Source: Bacillota bacterium
GTDB lineage: Bacteria; Bacillota; JAAYKD01
DNA length: 64,000 nt
Assembly (NCBI GenBank): GCA_963666425.2
Contig: OY762825.2
Span: forward strand, 1,344,001-1,408,000
Reading direction: 5' to 3'
Shown: positions 1 through 9,691 of the stretch, piece after piece
Position numbering within the stretch: the first letter of the stretch is position 1
How the letters are laid out: every line of letters starts with the position of its first letter
Notes under the pieces: generated by a model
Database searches by the model: none
Told to the model about the DNA's origin: nothing
The model's input: the letters and a program-made list of their open reading frames with translations, nothing else
Position numbers and translations under genes: made by a program

Positions 1-289
1 TTATAATATGCTGCAGATCATCGTTGATAAAAATCTTACCTTAAATCAAAAAATTATGGTGCTTTCCAAACGCTCCAGCCGGGAAAAATTGCTGGCTTTT
101 CTTTCCACTCAGGCACAAAAAGCAAACAGCAGTGAATTCAATATCTCCTTCACGCGGCAGGATCTGGCGGATTTCCTTTCGCTTGACCGCAGCGCGATGT
201 CGCACGAATTGTCGAAACTCCGCGAGGAAGGCATTCTGGAATTTCAAAAGAATCATTTCAAACTGCTCTACCATCCGGAACATGTCTAG
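1..289 (+). CDS. Crp/Fnr family transcriptional regulator, C-terminal HTH part (truncated by window start)
   Basis: SSREKLLAFL...FTRQDLADFLSLDRSAMSHELSKLREEG is a typical HTH_Crp C-terminus. Confidence 0.85.
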   Translation, partial: YNMLQIIVDKNLTLNQKIMVLSKRSSREKLLAFLSTQAQKANSSEFNISFTRQDLADFLSLDRSAMSHELSKLREEGILEFQKNHFKLLYHPEHV

Positions 290-404
290 GCGAGGCAAGC
301 CAACAGGCACTTTTTTCTCAGCAATACAGCAATTTTTAGCTTGCAGAATTTTCTGTCAGTGGTTATACTAAAGCAAAGAGTAATTTTTTAAGGAGGAAAT
401 CAGA

Positions 405-1514
405 ATGCAATTCAATCAACAGCGGATGTTGGATCGCTTAGTGGAAATGATCAAAATCGACAGCGTTTCTTTCGAAGAGAAAGCGATGTCGGACTATCTG
501 GAAAAGTACTGGACCGAGCGGGGTCTGGAAGTATACCGCGATCAGGCGGGAGCAAAATTCGGCGGCAATGGCAGCAATATTCTCGTTCATATTCCTGGTA
601 CGATGCCCGGTGAGGCAATTTGCTATAATGCGCATCAGGATACCGTCGAACCCGGCCGTGGCATTCAACCTGTTCTGGACGGCAATCTTCTGCGCAGCAG
701 CGGCGACACCATTCTAGGTGCCGATGATAAATCCGGCATCGCGATGCTGATGGAAGCCTACGATGTTTTACAGGAAAGCAAGACGCCGCATCGGGAAATC
801 TACTATCTTTTTACCATCTGCGAAGAGCAAAATATGAACGGCGCTAAGAATTTTGATCTGAGCAAACTGCCCTGTAAGAATATTTACAGCCTGGATGGCG
901 CCGGCAGCTTGGGTAATGTCAGTATCGCCGGACCTGCCAAAGACGGGATCAAGGTTACTTTTAAAGGGCGCAAAGCGCACGCCGGGATTGAACCGGAAAA
1001 AGGCATCAATGCCGCCGTCATGCTGGCCAAAGCGATCGCACAGGTCAAATTTGGCCGGATCGACAAAGAAACTACCTCCAACGTCGGCCGCATCTCGGGT
1101 GGAGATATGACCAATGTGGTTACCGATGAAGCCTTCTTTACAGCGGAAGTTCGTTCTCACTCCGCCCAAAAGCTGCAGGAACAGGTCGAATTAATCCGCC
1201 AGGCCAGCCTTCAGGCAGCCGAAGAAATGGGCGGCGAAGCAATTGTCACGATCAGCCACGACTACCCTGCCATTAAAACAGACTTCGATTCTTTCCTTTA
1301 CCAAAAAATCGTCGAGATTTATCAAAAAGAGGGTTTTGAAATCAAACAGGTGATCAGCGGCGGCGGCGGTGACTGCAATATTTTCGCCGGCCACGGTTAT
1401 ATCTGCGATGGGATCTCCACCGGAATGAAAGATGTTCACAGCAGCAAGGAAACACTGGATCTGACCGTCTGGATGCAGGCCATGCGTTTGCTCTATCGCT
1501 CCATGACCGAATAG
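405..1514 (+). CDS. M20 family peptidase (peptidase T-like)
   Basis: AHQDTV, GADDKSG, CEE, KAHAG motifs; AAGGAGG RBS. Confidence 0.9.
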   Translation: MQFNQQRMLDRLVEMIKIDSVSFEEKAMSDYLEKYWTERGLEVYRDQAGAKFGGNGSNILVHIPGTMPGEAICYNAHQDTVEPGRGIQPVLDGNLLRSSGDTILGADDKSGIAMLMEAYDVLQESKTPHREIYYLFTICEEQNMNGAKNFDLSKLPCKNIYSLDGAGSLGNVSIAGPAKDGIKVTFKGRKAHAGIEPEKGINAAVMLAKAIAQVKFGRIDKETTSNVGRISGGDMTNVVTDEAFFTAEVRSHSAQKLQEQVELIRQASLQAAEEMGGEAIVTISHDYPAIKTDFDSFLYQKIVEIYQKEGFEIKQVISGGGGDCNIFAGHGYICDGISTGMKDVHSSKETLDLTVWMQAMRLLYRSMTE

Positions 1515-1532
1515 ACCGGCTCGATTGAAGTA

Positions 1533-1582
1533 AAAAAATAAAGAGGAACTGTTTTTCAAAAAAGCAGCTCCTCTTTATTTTA
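1533..1582. terminator. Bidirectional intrinsic terminator
   Basis: AATAAAGAGGA...TCCTCTTTATT inverted repeat with A/T tails between convergent genes. Confidence 0.75.
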
Positions 1583-1601
1583 TTCGTTTGGCGGCAATCG
1601 T

Positions 1602-2162
1602 TTAAGCAAAGCTATGCTCAATCCATATTTTCAAGCCAATTCCGATTAGGATAGCTCCACCTAGGAATTGGGCTTTGCTGCTCAGCTTATCCCCACTGAA
1701 TTTGCCGATGTAAACCGCAATGAAGCTGAGCAAAAAGGTCGTGAGTGCGATCAGCGCAGCAGCGGTCAGGATATTCACCCGGCTGACCGCAAAGCTGATG
1801 CCGACGGCCAGCGCATCGATGCTGGTGGCGACCGCCTGCACGAGCAACAGTTTCAAGCCGAAGCGCAGTTCTTGCCCTTCCTGTACTTCTTCGTGAAAAC
1901 AATCCCAGATCATTTTGCCGCCAATCCAAACCAGCAGCAAAAAAGCGATCCAATGATCAAATCGATTGAGATAAACGGCAGACTTTTCCCCAAAAAAATA
2001 ACCGATCAACGGCATGACGCCTTGGAAAACACCGAAAGCCAAAGCGATCGCCAGCGCGTGTTTCCATTTTAATTTAGGTATACTCATGCCATTGACAATA
2101 GAAACGGCACAGGCATCCATCGACAAACCAACTGCTAGGAAACTAAGATCAATCAATCGCAT
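1602..2162 (-). CDS. mntP: Manganese efflux pump MntP family
   Basis: LSMDACAVS and ATSIDALAVG repeated signatures, about 6 TM segments. Confidence 0.9.
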   Translation of the reverse strand: MRLIDLSFLAVGLSMDACAVSIVNGMSIPKLKWKHALAIALAFGVFQGVMPLIGYFFGEKSAVYLNRFDHWIAFLLLVWIGGKMIWDCFHEEVQEGQELRFGLKLLLVQAVATSIDALAVGISFAVSRVNILTAAALIALTTFLLSFIAVYIGKFSGDKLSSKAQFLGGAILIGIGLKIWIEHSFA

Positions 2163-2188
2163 CCAATAAAGGCCCTTTCAATATTATA

Positions 2189-2950
2189 TTACTGCCATTT
2201 CAACAAGGATTTTTGCATATAACCTCGGATATCAATGCCAAAAACCTCTGTGACCAGCGGGTCTTGCAGCACCTCACTGGCTTCGCCATCCAGGGCAACG
2301 CTTCCTGCCTGCAATAAAACCGCCTTGTCACAAAATTGCAGCGCCAAATTCAAATCATGCAGCACGCCAATCACCGCTCTGCCCGGTTGACGGCACCAGC
2401 GTTGTAAGCGTTCAATCAATTCCAGTTGATATTTCAAGTCCAAATGATTGGTCGGTTCATCCAGTAAAATCAAACGCGGTTCCTGGACAAATGTCCGCGC
2501 CAGAAATACTCTTTGCAATTGTCCGCCGGAAAGCGCGGTGATCGGCTGATCTTTGACCTGCCAGAGATCCACTTCTTCCAGGCACTGCCGCACGATTTCT
2601 TCATCTGCTTTGCTGGTATGCGGCAAGAATCCTTTGCTGCCATAGAGATAACGTCCCAGCAGAACGGTATCATAGACCGTATAATCAAAATAAGTAGCGC
2701 TGACCTGGCTCATCAGAGCGATGTTAGCCGCCAATTCTTTCCGTTTCAGTTTGGCTATCTCGGCTCCCGCAAAGCGGATGCTGCCGCGATAAGGCAAGAG
2801 TCCGGCAATAGCTTTCAGCAGGGTGGTTTTACCGCAGCCATTCGGGCCGAACAGACAGATAATCTCTCCCGGCTCGATTTGCAGAGAAACATCCCGAATG
2901 ACGTCTTCCGTGTCATAGCCGCAGTTCACATGCTCTAGTTGCAGCATCAT
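2189..2950 (-). CDS. btuD: Cobalamin/Fe-siderophore ABC transporter ATPase
   Basis: GPNGCGKTT, LSGGQLQR, LLDEPT, HDLN; start moved to ATG 2950; under B12 riboswitch. Confidence 0.85.
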   Translation of the reverse strand: MMLQLEHVNCGYDTEDVIRDVSLQIEPGEIICLFGPNGCGKTTLLKAIAGLLPYRGSIRFAGAEIAKLKRKELAANIALMSQVSATYFDYTVYDTVLLGRYLYGSKGFLPHTSKADEEIVRQCLEEVDLWQVKDQPITALSGGQLQRVFLARTFVQEPRLILLDEPTNHLDLKYQLELIERLQRWCRQPGRAVIGVLHDLNLALQFCDKAVLLQAGSVALDGEASEVLQDPLVTEVFGIDIRGYMQKSLLKWQ

Positions 2951-2957
2951 AGGACCC

Positions 2958-3974
2958 CTACTTTCTGCGTTTGAAATAAATATAAGCAAAAAACGGCGCG
3001 CCGATTAAAGCGGTGATGGCTCCCACCGGTAATTCCGAAGGAGAAATGATCGTTCTTGCCACCAGATCGGCCAGCACCATAAAACAGCCGCCGAAGAGAG
3101 CGGAAACGGGCACAACCCAGCGATGAGAAGCACCGCACCAACGCCGCACAACATGCGGGGCAATCAAATCGATAAAGCCAATCACACCGCAAAATGCGAC
3201 TGCACTGCCGGTCAGAGCCGCTGCCACCGACAAAAGACGCCACTTGACTTTCGTCGTCTCAACACCCATCACGGCAGCCTGTTCTTCGCCAAAGGTCAGC
3301 AGATCGAGTTCCCGCGCGTGGTAGAGCAGGAGGATCACGCCGATCAGTACAATCGGAGCCAGCAGCGCAACATAAGACCAATCTTTTAAAGCGAAGCTGC
3401 CCATCTGCCACTGCAGAATGCTGCGTGTATGACTCTGAAAAAAATAGGCGATCAAAGTCAGCAGCGCATTGACAAACAGAGAAAAAACCATCCCGGTCAA
3501 AATAATGGTATTACCGCTGAAACCCTTGTCTACTCTGGCAGCCAGACTGACAGCCAGGACAACCGTTAAGAGCCCCGCCAGCAGACCGGCGGCAGGCAGG
3601 GTAAAACGCCCTAAGATCGGCAGTGAAAAACCACTGATGATGATGATCGCAGCACCCAAAGAAGCCCCGGAAGAAACGCCTAAGGTATAGGAGGAAGCAA
3701 GCGGGTTGCGCAGGACCGACTGCATGACCGTTCCGCTGGCAGCCAAAGCGGCGCCGGTCAGGAAAGCCAAACAGGCGCGCGGCATCCGCAAGTTCCAAAC
3801 GACGGTCGCATTCAGGGCACTGACCTCTGCCGGCAAAGGCAAACCCAATAATCGATTGGCGGCGATCTGCATGACTTGCGTGAATGGGACAGCCAGACTG
3901 CCAAGACAGGCTGCCAACCCTAAACAAAAAAAACTGAAAGTCAGTATCGCCAGTAATTTCCAGCCGTTTTGCAT
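2958..3974 (-). CDS. btuC: FecCD/BtuC family ABC permease
   Basis: LRMPR, RNPLASSYTLGVSSGA, GFIDLIAPH, ELPVG motifs. Confidence 0.88.
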   Translation of the reverse strand: MQNGWKLLAILTFSFFCLGLAACLGSLAVPFTQVMQIAANRLLGLPLPAEVSALNATVVWNLRMPRACLAFLTGAALAASGTVMQSVLRNPLASSYTLGVSSGASLGAAIIIISGFSLPILGRFTLPAAGLLAGLLTVVLAVSLAARVDKGFSGNTIILTGMVFSLFVNALLTLIAYFFQSHTRSILQWQMGSFALKDWSYVALLAPIVLIGVILLLYHARELDLLTFGEEQAAVMGVETTKVKWRLLSVAAALTGSAVAFCGVIGFIDLIAPHVVRRWCGASHRWVVPVSALFGGCFMVLADLVARTIISPSELPVGAITALIGAPFFAYIYFKRRK

Positions 3975-3979
3975 GATCT

Positions 3980-4918
3980 TTATTCTGCTTTCTGATTCTG
4001 GTAGACAGCCTGATAGATTTCTGCTACCGCATCAACCACATGATGATTGGCCTGAGAACTGGCGTTGGCATCGATGCGATAAACGTTTCCGTTTTGGATG
4101 GCCCGCATCTCCTGCCAGCCTGCCCGGGACATTATCTCCGCTACCGGATCATCCATGTAATCGATATTCGTCAGAATCACATCGGCATCCGCCGCCACGG
4201 CTGCCTCCGGGGTGACAGAGAACCAACCTTTTTGATCGTGAAAGACATTTTTAGCGCCAATCAGTTCGAAAATTTCGTTAATAAAAACGCCGCTGCCGCA
4301 GCTGTAGATAGAAGGAGCCGCGGATATTTCCAGATAGACGGTCTTTTTCTCCTGCACCGCCTCTCCCAACGCACGGTACTCCGCCAATTTTGCCTGCATC
4401 GCCGTGACCAGGGCTTCTCCACCCGCTTTGGCTCCAATCACATCGGCCACAAAAGCCACATCTTCTTCAATTTCGGCCAGTGTAGCAGGCGTCGTGACCG
4501 CAATCACACAGACACCGTTCTTACTCAAGAGTGCAAAGGGGTCCTCGGCGCCGCCGGCTGAACTCATATCAGAGATCAACAGGATATCCGGTTTCAAGGC
4601 AAGCAGTTGCTCCGCATCCGGTGCCATCATATCGAAGGCAGGCATCTCCTGCGGTAAATCGTAGAATTTCTGTGAATTCGTATCAACTCCCACCAGTTTA
4701 TCTGCCAGATCCAAATCGAGAATGATTTGGGTCAGTGTCGGTGAGAGACTGATCATCCGGTTAACCGTTTTTGGAATTTTGTAAACAACGCCATTACGGT
4801 CGGTTATTTCACGCGTTGCAGCTGCCCTGCCGGTCAATGGGCTGTTGCAGCCGGCCAGCATAAAAACAAGGACAATCGTCATCAGTAATGCAATTTTTTT
4901 CAGTTTCCAATTCAACAT
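3980..4918 (-). CDS. btuF: ABC substrate-binding lipoprotein, BtuF-like
   Basis: Lipobox LAGC; RMISLSPTLTQI, LVGVD, EQLLALKPD; first gene after cobalamin riboswitch. Confidence 0.85.
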   Translation of the reverse strand: MLNWKLKKIALLMTIVLVFMLAGCNSPLTGRAAATREITDRNGVVYKIPKTVNRMISLSPTLTQIILDLDLADKLVGVDTNSQKFYDLPQEMPAFDMMAPDAEQLLALKPDILLISDMSSAGGAEDPFALLSKNGVCVIAVTTPATLAEIEEDVAFVADVIGAKAGGEALVTAMQAKLAEYRALGEAVQEKKTVYLEISAAPSIYSCGSGVFINEIFELIGAKNVFHDQKGWFSVTPEAAVAADADVILTNIDYMDDPVAEIMSRAGWQEMRAIQNGNVYRIDANASSQANHHVVDAVAEIYQAVYQNQKAE

Positions 4919-5053
4919 TAAGAGAATCCCCTTTCCTGATCAAGCGATAGATTGAATCGTCCAGTCACAAAAAGCACTACCTCACAGCGGAGCTTTTGGC
5001 TGATCAGCATGAACCGACGATTTAAATCCTCCCTTCGTCTCTCTCTGCGCAAT

Positions 5054-5088
5054 AAAAAAAGCTATGGCGATATTTTTCGCCACAGCCG
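5054..5088 (-). terminator. Attenuator terminator of the cobalamin riboswitch
   Basis: Minus strand GGCTGTGGCGA-AAAATA-TCGCCATAGC followed by a T run, between aptamer and btuF. Confidence 0.8.
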
Positions 5089-5149
5089 TATTTCTGTGTA
5101 GAACTGAAAAAGCATACTGCCTTAAAGTTACGTAAAGCAGATGTTCTGT

Positions 5150-5354
5150 ATTTTATGCAGGTCTTCTGACTCGCGTTTCTCAAAGAATTGCTTCCTTGCC
5201 GTTGTTGATTTCCGCCTTCCCGGTTACCCAGTGACCGACTTTCGTCTATGAAATCGACAACTCCACGCATACAGCGGCGGTTCCGCGCGGGATTCTCACC
5301 CGCTTCTCTCTTAGCCTTGCCAAAGCATTGCAGCTGTGCAAGGAACATAAAAAT
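5150..5354 (-). promoter_or_regulatory. Cobalamin (AdoCbl) riboswitch
   Basis: Minus strand: AAGAGAGAAGCGGGTGAGAATCCCGCGCGGAACCGCCGCTGT...CACTGGGTAACCGGGAAGGC...GAGTCAGAAGACCTGC (B12 box), closed by TTTTATG/CATAAAA. Confidence 0.95.
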
Positions 5355-5541
5355 ATTCTCTTACCATATCGTCTCAGGTACTTCTTCTGATGCGACAGAT
5401 GATGTTTTAATTATACCGCTTCTCAAGGCAGATGTCCAGCCTTTCAGTAAAATACCAATTTTTTACTTCTGCTCTTGCCCTCAATCTGCCAATCTGTTAC
5501 AATAATATAAATTGGAATTTACAACCGGAAAGGAGATTCTC

Positions 5542-5787
5542 ATGACCGAAAAAAAACCTGCCTGCCGCTATCATAAAGCGGATTTGCGCTTATGGCACAA
5601 TTGCTATCGGGCTTTCAAGAAAGCGTTGATTCCCACCGCCGACAATGAAGGTTATGCTTATCTTTCCCCTGGCATCACGGATGATTGTCTCTTCAGCAAA
5701 GATTTTTCCAAGTGCAAATATTACGAGCCGGTCGATTTTGCAACGGAACAGCAGAAGGAACCGCAGCGAAATGAAAATTCCTATTGA
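5542..5787 (+). CDS. Small Cys/His-containing hypothetical protein (81 aa)
   Basis: GAAAGGAG RBS before ATG 5542; CRYH...HNC...C-x7-CKYYE. Confidence 0.65.
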   Translation: MTEKKPACRYHKADLRLWHNCYRAFKKALIPTADNEGYAYLSPGITDDCLFSKDFSKCKYYEPVDFATEQQKEPQRNENSY

Positions 5788-5878
5788 CATCGCCACAACC
5801 TCTGCTATAATGACTGCAATGCTTACGAGAGAAGTCAATCGAGAGATTTTCGATCCGAGCAAGCAGCATAGAACAGAC

Positions 5879-6140
5879 AGGCAATGACAGGAAGAGTAAA
5901 GCAAGAGGATCGCCACAGAGAGATAGAACAGCTGAGAACTATCGCCAAGATCTTGCTCCAAGAACATCCTGAAGCTTCCCACCCAAATCTTCTGCGGAAG
6001 AGAGTAGGCTGGGCCGCATCCGAGCGTTAAAGCGGCGGAGATATGTTAGTATCTCTATGAGTGAGCATATTCATGCTAATGAGGGTGGCACCGCGATTTC
6101 GAGCTTCTTCGTCCCTTGACAAGGGGAAGAAGCTCTTTTT
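5879..6140 (+). promoter_or_regulatory. T-box riboswitch, Asn specifier
   Basis: Stem I AGTA/AGAGA/GCTGA motifs, AAC specifier at 5963-5965, T-box AATGAGGGTGGCACCGCG at 6078-6095, terminator GAGCTTCTT...AAGAAGCTC+T run; promoter TTGACA 5784 / TATAAT 5806. Confidence 0.93.
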
Positions 6141-6193
6141 ATTTTTTTCACCAAATCAATGGGGAAAAACAGGAAAGAAGCGGAGGTATTCTC

Positions 6194-7207
6194 ATGACAA
6201 CAGTACAAAATTGTATCCCGACTCACTATCAGAGCAAATTGTCCCTTCTGGAAACCCAGATTTCCATTAAAAAGATCAAAGATTATTTCGAAGCGCAGCT
6301 GGCGTCCAATCTTTCTCTCATTCGAGTTTCGGCTCCTTTGATGGTTCAGCCCAGCTCAGGGCTGAACGATGATTTAAACGGCTGCGAACGTCCCGTCAGT
6401 TTCGATCTGCAAAACCGGGTGGACCAGGTTGAAATTGTACAATCTTTGGCCAAATGGAAGCGGTATGCTTTACATCAATATGGGTTTGATCCCTATACCG
6501 GGCTTTACACCGATATGAACGCCATTCGCCGCGACGAACAAACCGATAATATCCATTCAATCTATGTCGATCAATGGGATTGGGAAACGATTATCGCGAA
6601 AGCAGATCGCACGCTGCCGACATTGGAAACGGCTGTCCGCCGTATTTACGACGCATTTTTGGTTACTGAAACTTACTTGGAACAACTTTACCCTTTTATA
6701 CACAACCCCTTGCCTGACGAATTAACTTTTCTGACCACAGAGGAATTATTACAGCGTTACCCCAATCGCTGCGCAAAAGAACGGGAGTTGGCAGCGGTAC
6801 GTGAATTTGGCGCAGTTTTTCTGGAGCGGATTGGCGGCCGTTTATCTGACGACAGCAGGCATGACCAACGGGCGGCAGATTATGATGATTGGAATCTGAA
6901 TGGTGATCTGCTTTTCTATTTCCGTACCCTGGATATCGCCATGGAGATGTCTTCCATGGGAATCCGGGTGGATGCAGCTGCTTTACGTGCTCAGCTCAAT
7001 GCGCTGGGACAGCAAGCCAAGCTGCAGCTGCCGTTCCATCGTGATGTATTGGCAGAAAAATTGCCTTTCACCATGGGTGGAGGAATCGGCCAATCGAGAA
7101 TGTGCATGTTTTTTCTGCAGAAAGCACACATTGGCGAGGTACAAGCCTCGGTCTGGCCGGCAGAAACCTTAGCTCTCTGCCGTCAGGCAGGCGTAAGTTT
7201 ACTCTAG
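6194..7207 (+). CDS. asnA: Aspartate--ammonia ligase (asparagine synthetase A)
   Basis: GLNDDLNG, QSLAKWKR, HSIYVDQWDWE, GGGIGQSR; GGAGG RBS; Asn T-box. Confidence 0.97.
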   Translation: MTTVQNCIPTHYQSKLSLLETQISIKKIKDYFEAQLASNLSLIRVSAPLMVQPSSGLNDDLNGCERPVSFDLQNRVDQVEIVQSLAKWKRYALHQYGFDPYTGLYTDMNAIRRDEQTDNIHSIYVDQWDWETIIAKADRTLPTLETAVRRIYDAFLVTETYLEQLYPFIHNPLPDELTFLTTEELLQRYPNRCAKERELAAVREFGAVFLERIGGRLSDDSRHDQRAADYDDWNLNGDLLFYFRTLDIAMEMSSMGIRVDAAALRAQLNALGQQAKLQLPFHRDVLAEKLPFTMGGGIGQSRMCMFFLQKAHIGEVQASVWPAETLALCRQAGVSLL

Positions 7208-7215
7208 CAGTTAAT

Positions 7216-7251
7216 AAAAACAGCGGGTTCTCAAGAGAACCCGCTGTTTTT
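7216..7251. terminator. Bidirectional intrinsic terminator
   Basis: AAAAACAGCGGGTTCTC-AA-GAGAACCCGCTGTTTTT perfect inverted repeat. Confidence 0.9.
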
Positions 7252-7306
7252 CATTTCTAAATCAAATGATCAGAGTATCATTTCCGTTCCCTGATGGACT
7301 GCTCAT

Positions 7307-7537
7307 TTATTCTTCTTTTTGTGAAATACTCGTTTCAATATAATGCTGCAGAAATGCCGCTACCATGCAAATGGTAATTGCCGTGTTCATCAGCACCATT
7401 AAAGCAGAAATTGTGGTTGGACTGCGCATACTGAAGAACAATACCGCCGCCATTTCAATCAAAAGCAAGAATGCAGCGATACTGCAGCTGATCAGTGAAA
7501 TTTTCTCTAAATTGATATTGATATAATATTTTTTCAC
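7307..7537 (-). CDS. Small 2-TM hypothetical membrane protein
   Basis: GAGGGAG RBS before GTG 7537; two hydrophobic segments. Confidence 0.55.
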   Translation of the reverse strand: MKKYYININLEKISLISCSIAAFLLLIEMAAVLFFSMRSPTTISALMVLMNTAITICMVAAFLQHYIETSISQKEE

Positions 7538-7648
7538 GCTACTCCCTCGGTTCAAAAACAGATAGATACACTGTATAAAGTATACCATTCTTTCCTTCTG
7601 GTTACAATTACAATTCTATGACATTCACGGAAAGCATTGATGACCGTC

Positions 7649-8119
7649 TTATTTCGTCTTCATTGCCTGCTGCCATAATTCTGACAAAGCGGTCACATTG
7701 GGTGAAACCAGCAAGGCGAGATACTTTCCCTGCTGTTTAATTTCCGCCTTTTCAATCACCGCGTATTGAGCCGGTAAATAGTCTTTCGCTTCGTTGGCTT
7801 TGTTTTTCAGACGCGCCTGCAGCTTTTCCTTCAGAGCATCTGCTTTCGCTTCATCCTCCGCTTCAAGCAAAAGAATTTCGTCGGCAGTGATCCCGTCGTT
7901 CTTCATCACACCGCTGAATTTCACAACATCCGCTTCGGCAATCCCATACAGATTTTTTAAATGCTTACTGCTCATGGTCATCATTTCTTTCCACTGCACT
8001 TTAGCGGCCATATCATCGAGCAGCTGTTCCACATCCACGTCAAGTGTCTTTTGTCCGCCGCAGGCGGCCAAACCGAAGACCAGGCAAAGCAATAAGAGTG
8101 CATAAATGAGTTTTTTCAT
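7649..8119 (-). CDS. DUF4358-like lipoprotein
   Basis: Lipobox LAAC; KNLYGI, ADEILLLEA, YLPAQY..IEKA pattern. Confidence 0.75.
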   Translation of the reverse strand: MKKLIYALLLLCLVFGLAACGGQKTLDVDVEQLLDDMAAKVQWKEMMTMSSKHLKNLYGIAEADVVKFSGVMKNDGITADEILLLEAEDEAKADALKEKLQARLKNKANEAKDYLPAQYAVIEKAEIKQQGKYLALLVSPNVTALSELWQQAMKTK

Positions 8120-8131
8120 TGGCCGACCTCC

Positions 8132-8983
8132 TTATGATACGGTATGACTGCGCAAATAAGTAATCCATTCATCACAAGCGATATCCGTCAGATGGATCCC
8201 CTGGCCCTCGGGATCGCTGCAGTATTGGAAAGGCAAACAACCGTCTTGTGTCTGCATCACCGATGCGACGTCGACAAAATAATCACCGCGTTTGACGGCC
8301 ATCTCATACAATGCTTCGTTATAAGCCGCTAAGGCAGGATTATTCAGATCCTGCAGCTGCGCCGAACGCAGCATCGGCAGGGCGGATTGAATGTAAAATT
8401 TAACATCCGGTGATTTTGCTTTGATACGATCGAGTAAAGTACTATAATTGACAATCGCAGCTTCCACCCCATATAAACCCACATCGTTGGTACCCAGCAT
8501 CAAATAGACTTTTTTGGCTCCGCAGAGCGCGATGGAATCTTCTAAAAGCATTTTTTGGCCTTCGTAAACCGGATGGACAGATTCTTCTGAAACAGCCCAT
8601 AAAGCGTTGCCGCTGCCTAAACTGCCGGCCGTGAGAAATTGAATCCCGCCGAGATAAGCCGGCTCTACATTCCAGCGCTCCAGCAAATAATAGTAAAGTT
8701 TCAAGGTGACCGAATCGCCGATCATCACCACATCATCAAAGTAATGGTCTCCTACCGCCTTTGTCCCCGCTAAGCCTTTGGCTTCGACCGGCACTACTTC
8801 CTCCGCATTGGGATCATCTGATACAATAGGCGGTTTTGGATCCTGTTTCGGTGGGTCAGCAGGCTTGACTGGGTCCGTTATCACGGGGTCCGGATCTTTT
8901 ACCGGCGTTTTTTTATCACAGCCAACCACGAAAGCCAAACAAAGAATGAGCAAGAAAATTAGCCAGATGTTTTTTCTCTTCAT
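8132..8983 (-). CDS. SGNH/GDSL hydrolase lipoprotein
   Basis: Lipobox VVGC, Pro-rich linker, GDS, GTND, GIH blocks. Confidence 0.85.
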   Translation of the reverse strand: MKRKNIWLIFLLILCLAFVVGCDKKTPVKDPDPVITDPVKPADPPKQDPKPPIVSDDPNAEEVVPVEAKGLAGTKAVGDHYFDDVVMIGDSVTLKLYYYLLERWNVEPAYLGGIQFLTAGSLGSGNALWAVSEESVHPVYEGQKMLLEDSIALCGAKKVYLMLGTNDVGLYGVEAAIVNYSTLLDRIKAKSPDVKFYIQSALPMLRSAQLQDLNNPALAAYNEALYEMAVKRGDYFVDVASVMQTQDGCLPFQYCSDPEGQGIHLTDIACDEWITYLRSHTVS

Positions 8984-9024
8984 TTTTCTTTCTCCTATCG
9001 CTGGTAAAATCTTTTGTTGTTTGT

Positions 9025-9588
9025 TTATAAACCCAACTCATCGGAAGCACCCTGCATAGCAGCCAAGCCGATTGCCAGGAATTCCTCCAAGCTCAAACCC
9101 AGTTCACTGCAATGACGGATCGTTTCACGATTGGCTCCTTTAGCAAACGATTTTTCCGCAAAACGCTTCATCATGAAGGGAACATCCAGCGGCGCCAGTG
9201 TCTTGGAGGGATGAATCAAAGCACCCGCCACGATCAAGCCGGATAAGGGGTCCGCCGCGTATAAAGCTTGATCCAGCCGGCTGATCCGGGGCAAGCCATG
9301 CACTTCGTTATGTACTTTCACTGCGTAAACCACTTCGGCAGGCAGGCCTTTCGCTGTCAGCATCTCAGCACCCAACAGACTATGCCGATTGGGATCCTTG
9401 GCTGTTTCAGCATAATCAATATCATGCAGGATGCCGGTTAATCCCCAGAGCGCTTCGTCTTCGCCAAAATGCTGCGCTAAGCCGATTAAGATTTTTTCCA
9501 CCGCCACACAGTGATTGACTAAATTTTTGTTGGTTAAATTTTCTCGCAAATAACAAAGTGCTTCTTCTCTGCTCATCAAATCTGCCAT
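9025..9588 (-). CDS. HD-domain (HDIG-type) phosphohydrolase
   Basis: NHCVAVE, GILHDIDY, HSLLG, SFAKGANRE; start at ATG 9588 after GAAAGGGG. Confidence 0.88.
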   Translation of the reverse strand: MADLMSREEALCYLRENLTNKNLVNHCVAVEKILIGLAQHFGEDEALWGLTGILHDIDYAETAKDPNRHSLLGAEMLTAKGLPAEVVYAVKVHNEVHGLPRISRLDQALYAADPLSGLIVAGALIHPSKTLAPLDVPFMMKRFAEKSFAKGANRETIRHCSELGLSLEEFLAIGLAAMQGASDELGL

Positions 9589-9691
9589 CAGAATGACCCC
9601 TTTCAAAATTGAGTTTGATTTCTCCGGATATATCAAAGAAGGAGACGCTGCCGCCTCCTTCTTCCAGGCATCGCTGCCTCTCAACTTAGGT

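Noticed and set aside
5022-5348. 108-aa minus-strand ORF
   Set aside because: Coincides with the cobalamin riboswitch and its attenuator
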